NCBI GenBank assembly: GCA_012295275.1
Contig: CM022666.1
Location: 12,896,001-12,960,000 of the forward strand
Length of the DNA: 64,000 nucleotides
Reading direction: 5' to 3'
From: Chrysomallon squamiferum
Taxonomy: Eukaryota; Animalia; Mollusca
Under the pieces are notes generated by a model. That model was given only the letters and a program-made list of their open reading frames with translations. It searched no databases and had not been told where the DNA came from. Shown here piece by piece: positions 40,532 to 55,100 of the stretch. Positions within the stretch are counted from its first letter, which is position 1. Every line of letters starts with the position of its first letter. Both the position numbers and the translations under genes were made by a program.

Positions 40532-43500
40532 ATGGCAGCTGTCCCTGCACTGATGGTGATTTACACAAATGATGCAGTAGAAGTACGTTACTCAGATGGG
40601 TCCAGGCTTGAACTTTCACCCTGTGGCTCGGCCATTAAACATTACTACAAACCTGATGCTGATGCTCATCCAATTTCAGGTTCATACATTTTCTACATGT
40701 AACCAAAAAGCCTTATAATAATTATATACATACATACATACATATTTAACTATCAAGAGAATCTATTTTTTTATATCATAAAGAGTTCATACTGTCTGCA
40801 GGCATATTTATATAATATTTTAAATAATTTTGTTAATGAAATAAAGTTTATAATCGTTAAAACTAAAAATAAATATCAGATATCGCTATTTTGGCTACTC
40901 AGAAAAGGTTTCTGACAAGGAATGTTCTATCTGTACTTTTGAAATTTAACAAAAAAAAGAAAAGTTTTATTCTTGCAGTAGTAATAATTATAGTTGCCAT
41001 ATTAGAATTTAAAGGTCCTTTGTTTTTTAAAATAGTTGAACTAAAAAATGCAGCTAAATAATACCAATTCAACAATTAATTTAACATGTAAAAATATTCA
41101 GTGGTGTTGTTATAAATTGTATTCTGTTTTTATCATAACAATAAAGATAAAAATATATTATTATTATTGTATCATTAAAATTATTATTATAAATGTTAAC
41201 TAGAAAATATTGATTATACTAGCATATAGGCTTCTTGTTTTCTCGTTGATTATATTTTTATAATTATTATAATTTTGATATTGTCTTATTTACAATAATA
41301 ATATCATAACTTTTTGTTATTTTAAATTGATTTTGACAGGCTATAGATCTGTGCAGCAGAGAACTCGATTTGTCACAAGTCAGTTCAGACACAAAGTTCT
41401 TCAAGCAGTGGACTTTCGTAATCGATTTGCTGAGATTCCCTATGTCTGCCAGGAACTGCTTCACAAAGATGAAGTTATGGTATGAATGAAATTAATATTA
41501 TAAATTTTTTTTTACAGCAGCTTAATTCTAAATGTACATAAATAAGTTAAAAATTGATTACAAACATGGTCTAAATTAAGTGCCATTTTTAACTTTGTTT
41601 TTTACTTTTTTCTTTTCTTCTGTGGATTTTTACAGATATCTTGACTGAATGCAGTAGAAAATGTATTTTTTGGTTTGTACGAAACACTTTTGAATTTTAA
41701 AAATCAATCATTTCAATTTCTGTATGCTGTTTTGCTGGTTTTTGTTCTTGTTTTGTTGTCTGATTATTTCAGTTTGTGTGTTTGTTTGATATAAACATAA
41801 AGTATATTTTCAGAAATTAATTGATATTCCAGCAGAAAATGTCATTGTATTTTTTCTTTTTATACAGACCTTAAGTAAATTTAAAAACATTAATAGTTAT
41901 ATAGCTTTATTGGGTTTTTTCTTCCACAGTTGACAAAATTCACAACTATTAATTTTAAATTCTATATACTTGTTTTTATTATTATTATTATCATTACTTT
42001 GTTCATTTGTTCATTTGTATAAACTTCAGTTGTCTTTTAAAAATGAACAAGTTTAGTGATTATAATTATACCAGTATTGGCTTTGTTTTTCTTTTTCTTT
42101 TTTCTTTTTTTCTTTTTTTAATTTATACAAATCACAAATGAAAAGAAATATTTAAAATTTCAGTCTCTGTATTCTGACATCAGACATGCTGCTTGGCCCA
42201 AAGAATCAGACAAGGCAAACATCGAATATTTACCTGATGGAGGGGTGAGGATATTTTCTCTTGATGAATATGCAAGTCTTGTTCTCTCTCCCCACAGACA
42301 GGAATTCACTGTCTGTTACCTTTCCAAACTGAGCAAAGATTCAGCAAAAACAAATAAAGAGTCTCCAACACAAGTCTCAACTTCATACACTAACAACAGT
42401 TCTGGTTTTGAAAATGATGATCAGGTTGTTCCGGAACCAAATTCTGAGAACAACCGGTCTTTTACAGACGACGAGAAACTGAGAGCAAGTCCAAATATTG
42501 CGAAATCTGATGTGGTATGTGCTGCCTGTAGGGTGTCTACTCCTACTGATGAAATAAACAACAGGTTTAGTGATGGAATAGAGATTACGCCTTACGGAAA
42601 ATCAGCTTTTGTGAGAGTTGGGAATACGGATCCTGTTCACGATCTGTCGAGTATTAGTAAAACCTCATCAGAAGGTCTTTGTACCACGATTGACGTAGAT
42701 ACGACACTTAATCCCCATCAGAGCAGTTCTGTGAATAACCCAGATCACAGTTGTGGTTTGGATAAAACACCTGAAAAAAAACCTGATGAAAATCAGTCAG
42801 CAGGAAGTGAAAAATCACAGAGTAAAAAAGATAAATGTAAACAAGTGGTCTTTTCAGACAGTACTAAAAATAGCTCAGGTAATTTGTCGAAAGAAAGCGC
42901 TGTTACATCAAGTGGAGAGCTGGACAGTTCGGGTGACGTCAAATGTCGTCATCTGTATTGTTGGGTGACACGTCACTTCTCTTGTAATGAGTGCCCGTTG
43001 TCATGGAGACATCCCTTAAAGCTTGCTACTGAAGCTGCAGCTAAGAAGAAACAAACAGGTAATATAATGATTATAATTAATAATTAATTAATTTATTTAT
43101 TTATATCTTTTTTATTGTTATTATTAACACACATTTACATATTTTAAGAAATAAGTTCATTCTTTTAAAAATTGAAAATAATTTTTTAATGTTTTGCTTT
43201 TAAATGTGTAGATTTATTTGTATTTATAAAATATGCTTAGCTAATTCCTTGGTTTTGTCTTCAGATTATTACATTTTGTAAAATGTTACAACATCAAGTT
43301 CATTCATTCTTAATATTACTGTTTGTATGAATTAATAAAATATTTATTGCAAAGCATTTATGAATACAGAATTAGGGTAGTTTAAAAATATATCATTTAA
43401 AAAAAATTATTTGTTTAGGAGAAAATGAAAGTGAACATAATTCCCATCCAGTCAAAGGACAGAAACTCAAACAGCCAAACAAAATACCTCTTCACCTCGA

Positions 43501-43693
43501 CAAAAAGAAGTGCACATTTACCTCCCTTCCTAGAGCTCTTCCTTTGAGTTGTCCATTCCAGCACAAACACAAATGGAATGTTCTAGATGATACTGATACT
43601 CTTCAAGGAGGTGTACTCAAAGTGATGCTAATAGATGGAGCAGTGTATAGGTAAGTTTATTCTATACATACTTATATATATATATATTCACTT

Positions 43694-43727
<34 letters not shown>

Positions 43728-46343
43728 AAGAGAAGAATAGATGTAGTCCCTAAATTTTCATTGATTTCTATTACTGGTAGCTTATAAATAATAATTAAAA
43801 TCAACTGTTTGTAATGGAAATATAATAATACATAATTTCTTCCAGCATCAATAATTATAATATTTAGATTTATTATTACTACTAATATAAAAATGTATAG
43901 TTCATAAGTAAAATTTTGGTCAGGGTGTTTAAAACTGAAAAAAGAAGAATAACAAAAATTAAAAATTAGGTTTGTGGAATGAAAAAACATGAATCACAAC
44001 CACAGAGGGAGTAAATGGGAATAAACAAAACTGCTTAATATTAATAAATATTAAATGCCAGTAAACAAATACATTTTTAATATTTTATTTTACAGAGTTA
44101 TACACATGGCAGCAATGAACATGATTGAAGTGTACCCAGGAGATGGGAGTGTTTTCATCTCACAAGGAATCAGTGGCCATTACTTTTCTAACATTCAGTA
44201 CAGCAATGGACAGGTATGTTATAGTTACTTTATTTATTTTATTTTATTTTTTGTTTTGTTTTGTTTTGTTTTGTTTTGTTTTGTTTTGTTTTGTTTTGTT
44301 TTGTTTTATTTTGTTTTGTTTTGTTTTGTTATTTTATGTTTTGTTTTGTTATTTTATGTTATTTTATTTTATTTTATTTTATTTTATTATTATTATTATT
44401 TTTTTTTTTTTTATTATTATTTTTTTATTTATCTTATTTTCATTATATAATATTAATTATATTAAATTATATTACATTATATTGTTATTGTTATTTAGTA
44501 CAGTAGTAGTATTTTAAATTCATTTTATTTATGTTTTTTTTATTTTGTTTTATTTTTAGACATTGTGGGAATGATTTATCAAAGGTCATGGTACATGTCT
44601 CAACTCATCCACACTTTAAAGCTTTTCAAAGCAAAATGTATCTGTATTTCATTCACACCCTGTTACAGTAAAGCCTTGATTTAAGACTTCCATTTCATCA
44701 GATTCAGCTGACAAAAATTTTGATCCAAAGCAAACTCTCAAATTCCCCTGGAATTATTGTCTCCTTTCAGTAATACTGTAATTGATAAATCGGACAAAGT
44801 GTGAAGGAGTTTTTAAATTAAAAAAATTTTATGTTATTATATTAAAAATATAATGTTATCATATTAAATTATTGTCATTATAAAGTGTTTTCTGCTACAC
44901 CTTTGTTCCTATTTGTTTGTTAAATTGATGGTTTGATGTGTTTACTAATTTTATTTTTTTTTTTTTTTTTTTTTAGATTACAGAATTATTTTTTAATGTT
45001 TTTTTTACTTTTTCAGGTTGTTGAGAAAAGTTTTTCTCTCAAAGCTCTGCCACCTCAACTTCCTGGATCTTCATACTCTGTGGAAAAACTGCTAAAAAGA
45101 GCACAAAGGTAAAATTAATTATCTCCCTTAGAATCATACATCACTTCATTAACTTCTTTGAAAAGAGGAACATTCTGTTATCATCTTTCAGAAAAAGATA
45201 ATATTTAGGATATTTCTTTCTGACTTCCTTTACAAAAAAACTATTTAGAGCATAATTTTAACTGAATAAATTTTTACAATTATTTTGTAAAATAATAGTG
45301 CAATCTATGAGTTTTTCTTTGTTTTAGATTTCTATTTCTATAAATATTTTCAGAATAATTTTATCACTACCATGAATACTTTATTATTTGTAATTATTAT
45401 TTTAAGAAATATATATTTTACTTAATGATCAAATTGTTATAAGTTTTTAATAATTATGTTTCAGGTTGTTGATACAAGCTATCCAAAATGACAAAATGTC
45501 TTCAGCAAAAGTTAATCCTTGTTGGAAGGTAAGCTATTATCTTCTGGTTATCTGTTTTTGAATAATGAAAATGTATTGATTTTAATCAGAAATTTTTTTA
45601 ATCGAAAAAGAATATTTATGTGTTAATATATCATTGTTAATTTTTATCTTTTTCAAAGCTGAGAATATTAGTAAAAATAATAACAATAATAATAATATCT
45701 ATTATTTTTATTGTTACTTTCATCATCATCAGCATCATTATTGCTACTGTTATTACTATTTCTATTATTGTTGTTGTTGGTTTATTATTATTACTATTAC
45801 AATTATTATTATTGTTATTATTATTACCATTATTATTATTATTATTATTATTATTACAGCAGGAAGAGATTAAGATAGTTGAACCCCTCCCTGTGGTACT
45901 GCTGGAGGAGTGTCACATTCCTGGGTGGGGCAAGTTCACTGCTTACACGAACGGAAGGGTGAGAATTGTATTTGAGGACCGCACATCCATGGACTTGCTT
46001 TGTGACTTCACAAAGCGAATACAAGAATGTGTCGGTCACAGCGACCAGTCTGAAGAGTTAATAGAAGTAAGATCAAGTTAACTTCTACCATGTTTTATTA
46101 ATTAATAACCTAAATACGTTTAAACAGAAATGTGACCTAACATGCCTGAAAGGGTCAAGTGACAAAAGTCAAGATGGCTGAGAGTATAAAGATACGTCTG
46201 GTTTTTGTAATTGTTAATTATTAATTATCACACAAAAAAGTTTTGACAATAAATTTCTGTTAGTTCCACTTTAAATGTTATGGAGGCATATGTGAATCAT
46301 ATCACAGTTTGGTTACCTCTCTTGTATTCACATATTTACATAA

Positions 46344-46374
<31 letters not shown>

Positions 46375-48581
46375 AGTTATTACTATTATTATATTTATTT
46401 ATTATTACTATTATTATTATTATTTTTATTATTTATTTTTTTTAATATTTGTATATTTTTATCTGGATGACATATAAAAACTCATGTAATTTTGTAAACA
46501 GGTTTTATTAAATTTGATTTTTTACAAGTTATCTTAATGCTAAGCATTTCACTTCAGTGATGTAGTAAACTTTTATTTATTTATTTAGTTGTATTTTATT
46601 TTACTTACTTATTTATTTTTTTTTTTTTTTTTTTCTTATTTGTCGACTTACTTAGGCTCCTTTTTCTTTTATTTATTTATTTATTTGTGTACTTATTTGT
46701 GTATTTATTTGTATATTTGTTTGTTTGTTTGTTTCAGAAGTGTGATGCAGCCAGACTTAAAATACAGAAGGCTGTAACTGGTTTGGATTCAGAGTTTGGG
46801 CGTGACACTTGTCGCATTCTCCTGCCCTCAGGAAAATATGTCCTAGTCGACCTTCACAAACCTGGAATATATCAAAAGTATGCAAAAAAATTTATATTAA
46901 AGGTTTAATTAAAATGTATTTAATTTAATAAATTGTATTTAAAAAATATTTTTCTATCATTTTTTTTTTTTTTTTTTTGGTTTTGTATATTCGTAGAAAT
47001 GTGTAGAAATTATATAGTTACCCGTTTGTTTTTCATGATGGAAAAAGAAAAAAAGAGGAAGAGTCCTTTCCTAAAGATATTTGTCATAAATAAGTATAAA
47101 AAGATAAATATTTGTTGAAAAATCAATATTTTCCAATTTCTTTTTTTATTATTATTTTATTATTATTTAAAAAATAGTTTAGTATAAAAAAAAAAAAATG
47201 TGTGATGTAACATTTTTTGTGGAATTAATAAATAAATGAGGTGTGAATTTTAAACAAAAACTAATCTAGACACATCTGTTTCAGGTATGTAAACCAAGCA
47301 CTGGAATGGGCAAGCTGGGTTAACTCTTCACCACTGGAGAGACAAAAGTTTTATAATCAGCTTCATCAGCCTGAAATCGTTCATTTGTAAGTTTCATTTC
47401 ATAACCCTACGATTACTGTAACAGACGGGGAGAAATAAAATATATTTTAATATTAGAAAACTAACATCATTATAACAGTGAGACACAATAAAATTAATTT
47501 TTTATAAGTTTTGTTTTTTAATTACCTCATCTCTGGGAATAAAATACATTTGTTTAAAGTTTGGCTATCACCATTTAAGATATTTCCAATATTAGTTCCA
47601 TAAATTAAGACTCATCCAATCTTTGTTGACATAAATAATCAAAAATATTTGTTTTCTAAACCAATTATTTCGGCAAATTTGAGATATAATCAAAGAGAGA
47701 GCACTGACATTATGATGGATTAGAACTGTTTTGAATACATTTTAATATTAAAAATAAAATTTTGGAAATTTGAAAAAAAATCTGTTTGATGCTATTTTCT
47801 TTTTTCCTCAGGTCTGCAGAAGCTGAACTTAAGAAAATTTCTTGTTTCAACTGTATCCTTTCCACAAACTGAATAACACAAATTATATAAACAACTGATG
47901 ATAAATAATTTAACAAGAAAACCAACACTAAATTCTAGGTTCAGTGACAAGTACATAAACACACTTATACATTATATTTATTTTTTTGTTATATTTAAAA
48001 TAATTTGCACGTAAATTAGCCAATATATATTTTTTTCCTTTTATGCAGAAAGTGTTTTACTCAGTGTTGAGTTAAATAATTGTGAATGCTTAAAAAATGA
48101 TGTTAAAACGTAATATGATTTTATATAGTGTGAGAAAAGTGTGTCGGTCTCTGTCTAAATATAGATCACTTTGTTGTTTTTAACTTCGTTTCTTTAACCA
48201 CATCAGACATCACTGACCAAACAACAGCAAGTTAGGGACAGTTCAAATCAAACTATGTCAAGTTCAAGGTCACCATCATTAAATCCGTTATCAAATCACT
48301 TGCAACACAGACAGGAAACACAAATACACAATGGTAGATTTACTAGTGGAATGTCTGGACCAATTGAAAGTGGTTTTGCACAGATGACAGCTAGTGGAAT
48401 GTCTGGACCAATGAAAAGTGGTTTTGCACAAATGACTACTAGTCAACAAAAATGGCCACCAATGGGTGGAAATACTAAAACACTGGAAATGTTACAAGGC
48501 TTTAATTCTGTACGACAAGCATTGCTACAGACAAACAGACTGATAAAAGACATTGATGAAATACTGGAAAAGAAAGATTAA
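40532..48581 (+). CDS. C5orf34: C5orf34 homolog (uncharacterised), 12 coding exons
   Basis: Exons 40532-40679, 41340-41479, 42164-43058, 43419-43650, 44096-44213, 45017-45108, 45465-45528, 45860/45863-46066, 46738-46877, 47285-47386, 47812-47852, 48207-48581. The N-terminus MVIYTNDAVEVRYSDGSRLELSPCGS...QQRTRFVTSQFRHKVLQAVDFRN and GKFTAYTNGRVRIVFEDRT match C5orf34 as I recall it. Phase problem at the last intron. Probable UTR exon ending at 39319 (AAG|GTAAGA). Confidence 0.88.
47853..48206 (+). other. U12-type (minor spliceosome) GT-AG intron
   Basis: 5' site GTATCCTTT; branch-like TCTTTAAC 8 nt before the end of the intron (CAG); no polypyrimidine tract between them. Confidence 0.85.
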
Positions 48582-51500
48582 CTGTATTAAAATAATTGTA
48601 ATTGTTTTTGTTTGTTTTCCTTTTGATACTTGCCTGAGGAATGTTGAATCTATTCAGGGCTGTTTGAATTTTTCATTTTTTTATTGACTTTTAATATATA
48701 TATATATTTATATATATATCTTTTTTTCCCAGACAACTACCATTCTGTCATAAAATTATTTTTACTACTGATTTGTGACATTGTTAATCATTTTTCAAAT
48801 TACTGAATTCTGAGAAGTTAAATTCTCTTGCTGAAAGCAATGTTCAGACCAGACAGTATTGGAACCAAATGCAAAGTTTTATTTTGGAAAATGGTTGTTT
48901 TTGTACTTAATAATGTGTTCACAGAAATCTTTCTGGTTTGGTGAGTGTTTGTTTTTCACAAGTTTTACTGTAATACAGGCTGTTTGAGTTTATTTATTTA
49001 TTTATTTTATTTTCATATAATTTGTGATCAGTTCTTACTAATGCAAGTCTGCACTGATCTGTTAAACATAGCACCCCTTTTTACCTATTAGCAGTTTGCA
49101 GTGTATTTTAAATACTACCAAATTAACGAAACAAATTTTTCAGCTGTGTTGTGAAAGAATACAAATAGTTTAACATCATTAAACACATTATTAAAATGCA
49201 AGATAAAATATTCTATGAACTCGCCAAATCTTTGTTAATACAGAAAATAAAAACACCCAGACATTATGTACCAAATGTGCTGGATAAATAAACAAATAGA
49301 GATAAAAATTAAGATGTAACAAAACAACAAGAAGAATTGGGTTGTGTAAATAATGTATTATTTTCGTGGTTTTCATACACATTAGTTTAAACAATTTACA
49401 ATGCCAATCAGTATATAGTTATTTATTTATTTATTTATATATACACATTCGCATCCTTACTCAGAAACGCAAAGTAACTGAACCTCTCTGGCAAAAGCTG
49501 GACAGCATATTTATTAAATGGACTATAATTATTTCTTTTCATTTAAAAAAACAAAATATTTGTTTAAAACTGCAATTTCAATGTCTTATTGATACAAAAT
49601 ATTAAAGATGAATTGTAACCATTATTACTTCTTAAAATTTCTTTTTCAGTTGTTGGCTTTTCTGTTTTTACAATATAATTTAATACGGTTATAAAGACTA
49701 TTCTTTTTTGACATACATTAAAATACTTCTGAAATGTCCTGATGAAATCATAAACTGGAAACAGAAATGTGAACAAAAAATACATATAAATACCTATATT
49801 AATTTTTTGTACATCCACAAATCTGTGATGTAACAGTGATTAAAAATGTGGCACCATATTAAACCTTAATACCTTTAAAGATGATTTACTAAGATGTCAC
49901 TCAAAAGACTGCCCCAAATACTGAAAATCAAAGCCAAAATATTCTACAAATTATGGTAATTCTGGTTATTCTTTTATTTAAAAAAAAAAAAATATATATT
50001 AATATAAAAAGCAATGTGCTATCTTGCTATACCTAGCAACTATTAAAATATTTTATAATCATATTGTGTAAATGAAATAATTAAAGTTATTCTTAGGTTG
50101 CTGTATGTTATCGTTATAGTAATAAACCAATACATTATAAACTGTAAGAATTATTAAAAGGAAATGAAATCCTTTTCAGTAAAACTTGATGAAGTAACTT
50201 TTGTTAAAGACGTATTGTTAAATAAGCACCATTAATTTAAAAAAAAATAGAAGTAAATGAATAAATAAAATAACTAATAAAAAACATAAATATAAATAAA
50301 TATTTAAAAAATTAAAATATATATAGAAATAATTAAATTAAAATGAAAACATCAATTTATGTGATTTACTGAGGATGACATAGAAAAATTTCTACAGGAT
50401 TTCTGTTTTGCTGCACAGATGAAGCATAATACAAGTAAAATACTAGAAAGCAAATCAGTGCAACCATATCCATTAAAACAGTCACTGCATGTAAACTGGA
50501 AGGTCACGATGAATTAGATCTAAATGTATTCTTAAAATTCAAAATATTCACCGAAAATTATAATTCTACAGTTTCAATAATGTTATTTAAAAGTAACCAC
50601 CTGTATAACATTTCTATTGGGTACAAACAGGTAATTGTTCACAATTTCTTATATCAGAATTGATTTCCAGTGTTCATGTGCTTCTGGTTTTCATGCAGTG
50701 ACATTAACCAAAACTATTATTTTGACCTACAATAAAGAAAATAATGGAATATGAATTATATAATTTATAAAAACAAATCAATTTTGTCGAGTTAATCATA
50801 TACATAAAAATGTTATTGGGTTTCTGTTTTCAAGTCAAATATTCTTTTCAATAAGTTCCTAAATTCTTCAAAATGAATTAAATTTAGTTATTGAGGTAGG
50901 TTAATTGCCCCAACACAGTCATGGGTTTATAAAAATCGATTGTGATTTATTGTTCATTTTAAGATTTTCAAAATAAAATTCTCAAAAATCATTTCTTATC
51001 TGAATGATTATTTCTGTTAAAATATTATATCAGTATACAACATAAAGTTTGTGAAAATGAGTCAAGCTAATATAAACTATTATAATAACTAATAAACTTT
51101 TGCAATACAAAATGTTAATGAAAACTTTAAAATGTAATTAATTGCTTGATACATATTTTATAAAGCTTAATTTTTCTTTAGAATCACCTCCACAATTTTT
51201 TTTATTTCTAATTTACAATAAAATATTATATGATTTTTTTTTTCTTTTCGAATACAAGGCCTAACATTAAACATAAGAAAAATGAAAACGATTCATATTT
51301 TTTCAGAATTAACAAACATGAATTAATTATTACATTTCACATACAAAACATTCTCTACAGCATCGTCATTGAAGGCAATACATATGGATGGACATTTATT
51401 TTCTGTTACCTAAACCCCAGAAACAAATATACAATAGAATATCTTACTATCTGTAATACTCTCACTGCTGTAATACATAACTGTCAAAATACACTGTTTT

Positions 51501-52119
51501 CCCAAAGAATTCCACGCATAAACCATCCTAAACAATCCAAACAGGAAAATATATATGTAGTATATAATTATGTGTGTATATATGCTATTAATTAATCTAA
51601 TAACTTAGCATAGTACAGATCTATGGATTAAAAAAAATTAAAAGAAGAAAGAACATATTAGAAATTATTAAGTAACGAGTTCTAAAAAAAAAACAATGAA
51701 TTTTTTCTTCATTTGTATTTTTCCTTTTAAAAACAATTTCTCATCATTTAATTAACATAAGTGGTTTGAAAAAAAAAAAAAAATGATAATCAGTTTTATG
51801 AACACTTTTCATTTAATCTACCAACATTACAATTAACTTTTCTTTACAATGATCTGTATTTTCTGACATTACTATTTTTTAAAGCATTACTAATTAATGA
51901 ATATAAACGAAAGTATTAAAATAAAACAGGAGGGTAATAATAATATTAATAATGATAGCCCACAGTGTTACTAATGCAGTCACTTGTTATCAAGAAGTGC
52001 CTCTTATATCAAGTACAACTAGGTAATGTACTTGATGTCGCCAAAAGGGAGGTAACCAACCATCTGAATCAACCTACATAGAAAGCATGGCTACGTGTAC
52101 CAGACTGGTTAGCGTATTG

Positions 52120-55100
52120 TTAAGAATCCTCAGGAGCTTTTAGTTCTTTTATCTGTTTTATTAGGTAAGCTTTTTCATCATTAAACTGTTCGTCATCAGA
52201 GCGGTCGGTATGAAACTTAGTTAGAAAGTCCACAAGTTTTTCCTTGTTTCGTAGAAGTATATCCAAAATAGGCTTTGGTTTGTTAGGATTGGCTACAAAC
52301 ACCTGAACAACAACAACAACAACAAAAAAAGAGTTAATAATAATAATAATAATAACAACAACAACAATAGTTATATAAAGCAAATCCTTTAAAGACAATG
52401 GTGAGAAGTACAAAAAATTTAATATATTTTTCTTTCATATTTAAATTCCAAAATATAGGATCAGTGAGTAATTAGAATTAAAAAGAATACAAATGATATA
52501 AATATTAATTACTGCTTATCAAACATGGCAACAAAAAATACTGCTTTGACGAACAGTACAAAGTTAATTGATACATATTTCTGGCAAACAGATCAAATAT
52601 ATAAATTTGTTTCTGTATTGACTTTTCAAAGTATAATAAACAATAGTAAAATCTATATATTGTTAAAACATGTTTTTGTTATATTTTTAAATGGTATCAA
52701 AATAATACTAATACATTACTGTAATATTCTTACAAAAATAATGCTGGAGGTAACTGGAAACAGGGCACATCAAAATTAGCTGATCTTTTCTTTCTTTTTT
52801 AAATTATCTGACGTGTTTTAAACATTTATTTATAATTCCTTTTATTAAAATTACTTTAAAATGTATTGAAATAGAGCACAGATTTAAGTAATATCAAAAT
52901 CAGCTAATTTTTCTTTTTAATATTTAACAACTCTCCCTTAAGTCTTATCAATATTTCTAGTCAATATATGACTAGCATGAATTTTGGAAAATTATCTGTT
53001 GTTAATATTTTCTCATTTAGATTATTATTATTATCTATTTGCTTAAAGACATGGAAGATTTCAAACTGAATGTTCTGATTTTTCTCCAAAACAATATTTT
53101 TTTTAGCAAGGTTGCTGGAAAATTATGTGTTGTTAATATTTTCTGATTTAGAATATTATTATTTATTTATTGCTCTTCATTTATCTGAATGACATGGAAG
53201 GCTTCAAACTGAATGATTTGACTTTTCTCCCTCCACAATTTCTTTTTGACAACCCCACTGTTTTGTTTTAAAATTTCTTGTATGACTAATACAAATTTTG
53301 GTAAATTATATGTTGTTATATTTTATGATTTAGAATGTTTTTAATTTTTTCTCCCCCACTTTTCATTTACCTTAAAGACGTGGAAGGCTTCAAACTGAAT
53401 GTTTCGGCTTTTCTCTCTCAACATATTCATCATCAGTTTGAGGTTTTCTGGGTTGCTGATGTACCGAGTCATTGTTGTGAAGTTGTGGCGATCAAGCAGC
53501 AACTCTCCCAGCAGCTGCAAAAACCAACAACATCAACTACATACATCCAACAGCAAAACGTAACAGTGGGGTAGATGTTCACACTTCCTATTAAAATGTG
53601 GGCCACTTTGTTTTTTGTTACACATCTGCCTCACTTTCATAATGTGGCAATGAAACTCTATTGTTACTTTTATTCACAATCAGAATATTTTCTTCCAACA
53701 GCTCAAATAAAACCATTCTTTTGTTACTCGGTAAGAAAAAAAAGTCGAGAGACAAAATGAATAAAAATTAAATGGATTTTGAAAATGGTGTTATTTCACC
53801 ATATTACTAAATTAAGTTTCATAATTAACTTTCACTAATATTGAAAGTATTTAATTAATAGAGTTTAATTACTGTTCTACTTATAGCACAATGGAACAAA
53901 GATCTTTATTCTCTTCCCTACCTGAGTATATAATTAATAATTACACCTTCTTAATCAGTAAATTATTACTGACTCAAATAAATATGTACAACATTTGGTA
54001 TTAAAAATCAGCTGATAAATAATTAAATTGAATTTGTTTACAATGTAAAAGCTATTTTACAAGCAAAATATGAGCAAATATGTAATATTTTTTTAAATTT
54101 TATATTTTTCGAATATGGTTCCATAATAAAATAAGTAAAAATGAAAAGGTTATTTTAGAACTATAAATAAATATCTTCAATGCCTGACTATATTAATATC
54201 ACTAACTTTTTTTTATAACTTTTATTATTACTTTGAGAGGCTGACTTCTGTTAATATGAATATTTTATAACTTGTATCAGTAAAAAGATTCAGTTGCTGA
54301 TAGCTGTGAATGTTATTAACTGAACCATTTATATGCTATACATACACACACTGACATATACACACATCCACATACACATAAAACTGTTAGTAAATACCTT
54401 CAGGGCTTGTCTTCTGGTAACATAATTGTCTGAGTTTAATAAGGCCTGATAATGACTAAACACTTTGTCATAATTACTCTCTAGAAATTCAGCAGATAAC
54501 ATCTTGTGTTTCGTTAACAGTTCCTGAAATAAAAATGTTTTAAATGGAAATAAATTATTCCTAGAATAGTCACTTTAAAGGAAATGTATGTTTGGTTGTT
54601 TGGGGACTTTTTTATTTTTATTTTATTATTACTATATTTTTTTTTATATGAAAAAGAGAGAAATTTAGCATCAAAATAAAATGAAACATTGTTAACATAT
54701 TATTAAAAAAGAAAAATTATTCTGAAATCATATTAATAAATTAAAAAAAAAAAAGATAGAAGAAAATATAGCTATTATTCTAAAAATAGAAAATAAGAAA
54801 GTGATGTGCATTAAATGAATTAAAAAATTGTTAATATTAAAATGCAAGCACAACAAATTATTATTAGGAAGGTTCAAAAACTAGACACTACAGAAAATAA
54901 CTTGAATACACATAATGACATACAGGGCGTCATACAAATTCAGACTGATGTAAAAAGAATACTGGTTCAACTGGAACGCCTTCATTGACCCAGTGCACTA
55001 CCATTGTTCATAACACACAAATCAAACCAGACACACCCAACCAACACACACACAATGAACAGCACAGAGTTTAAATGTTTTACATGAAAAAGTGAAATAC

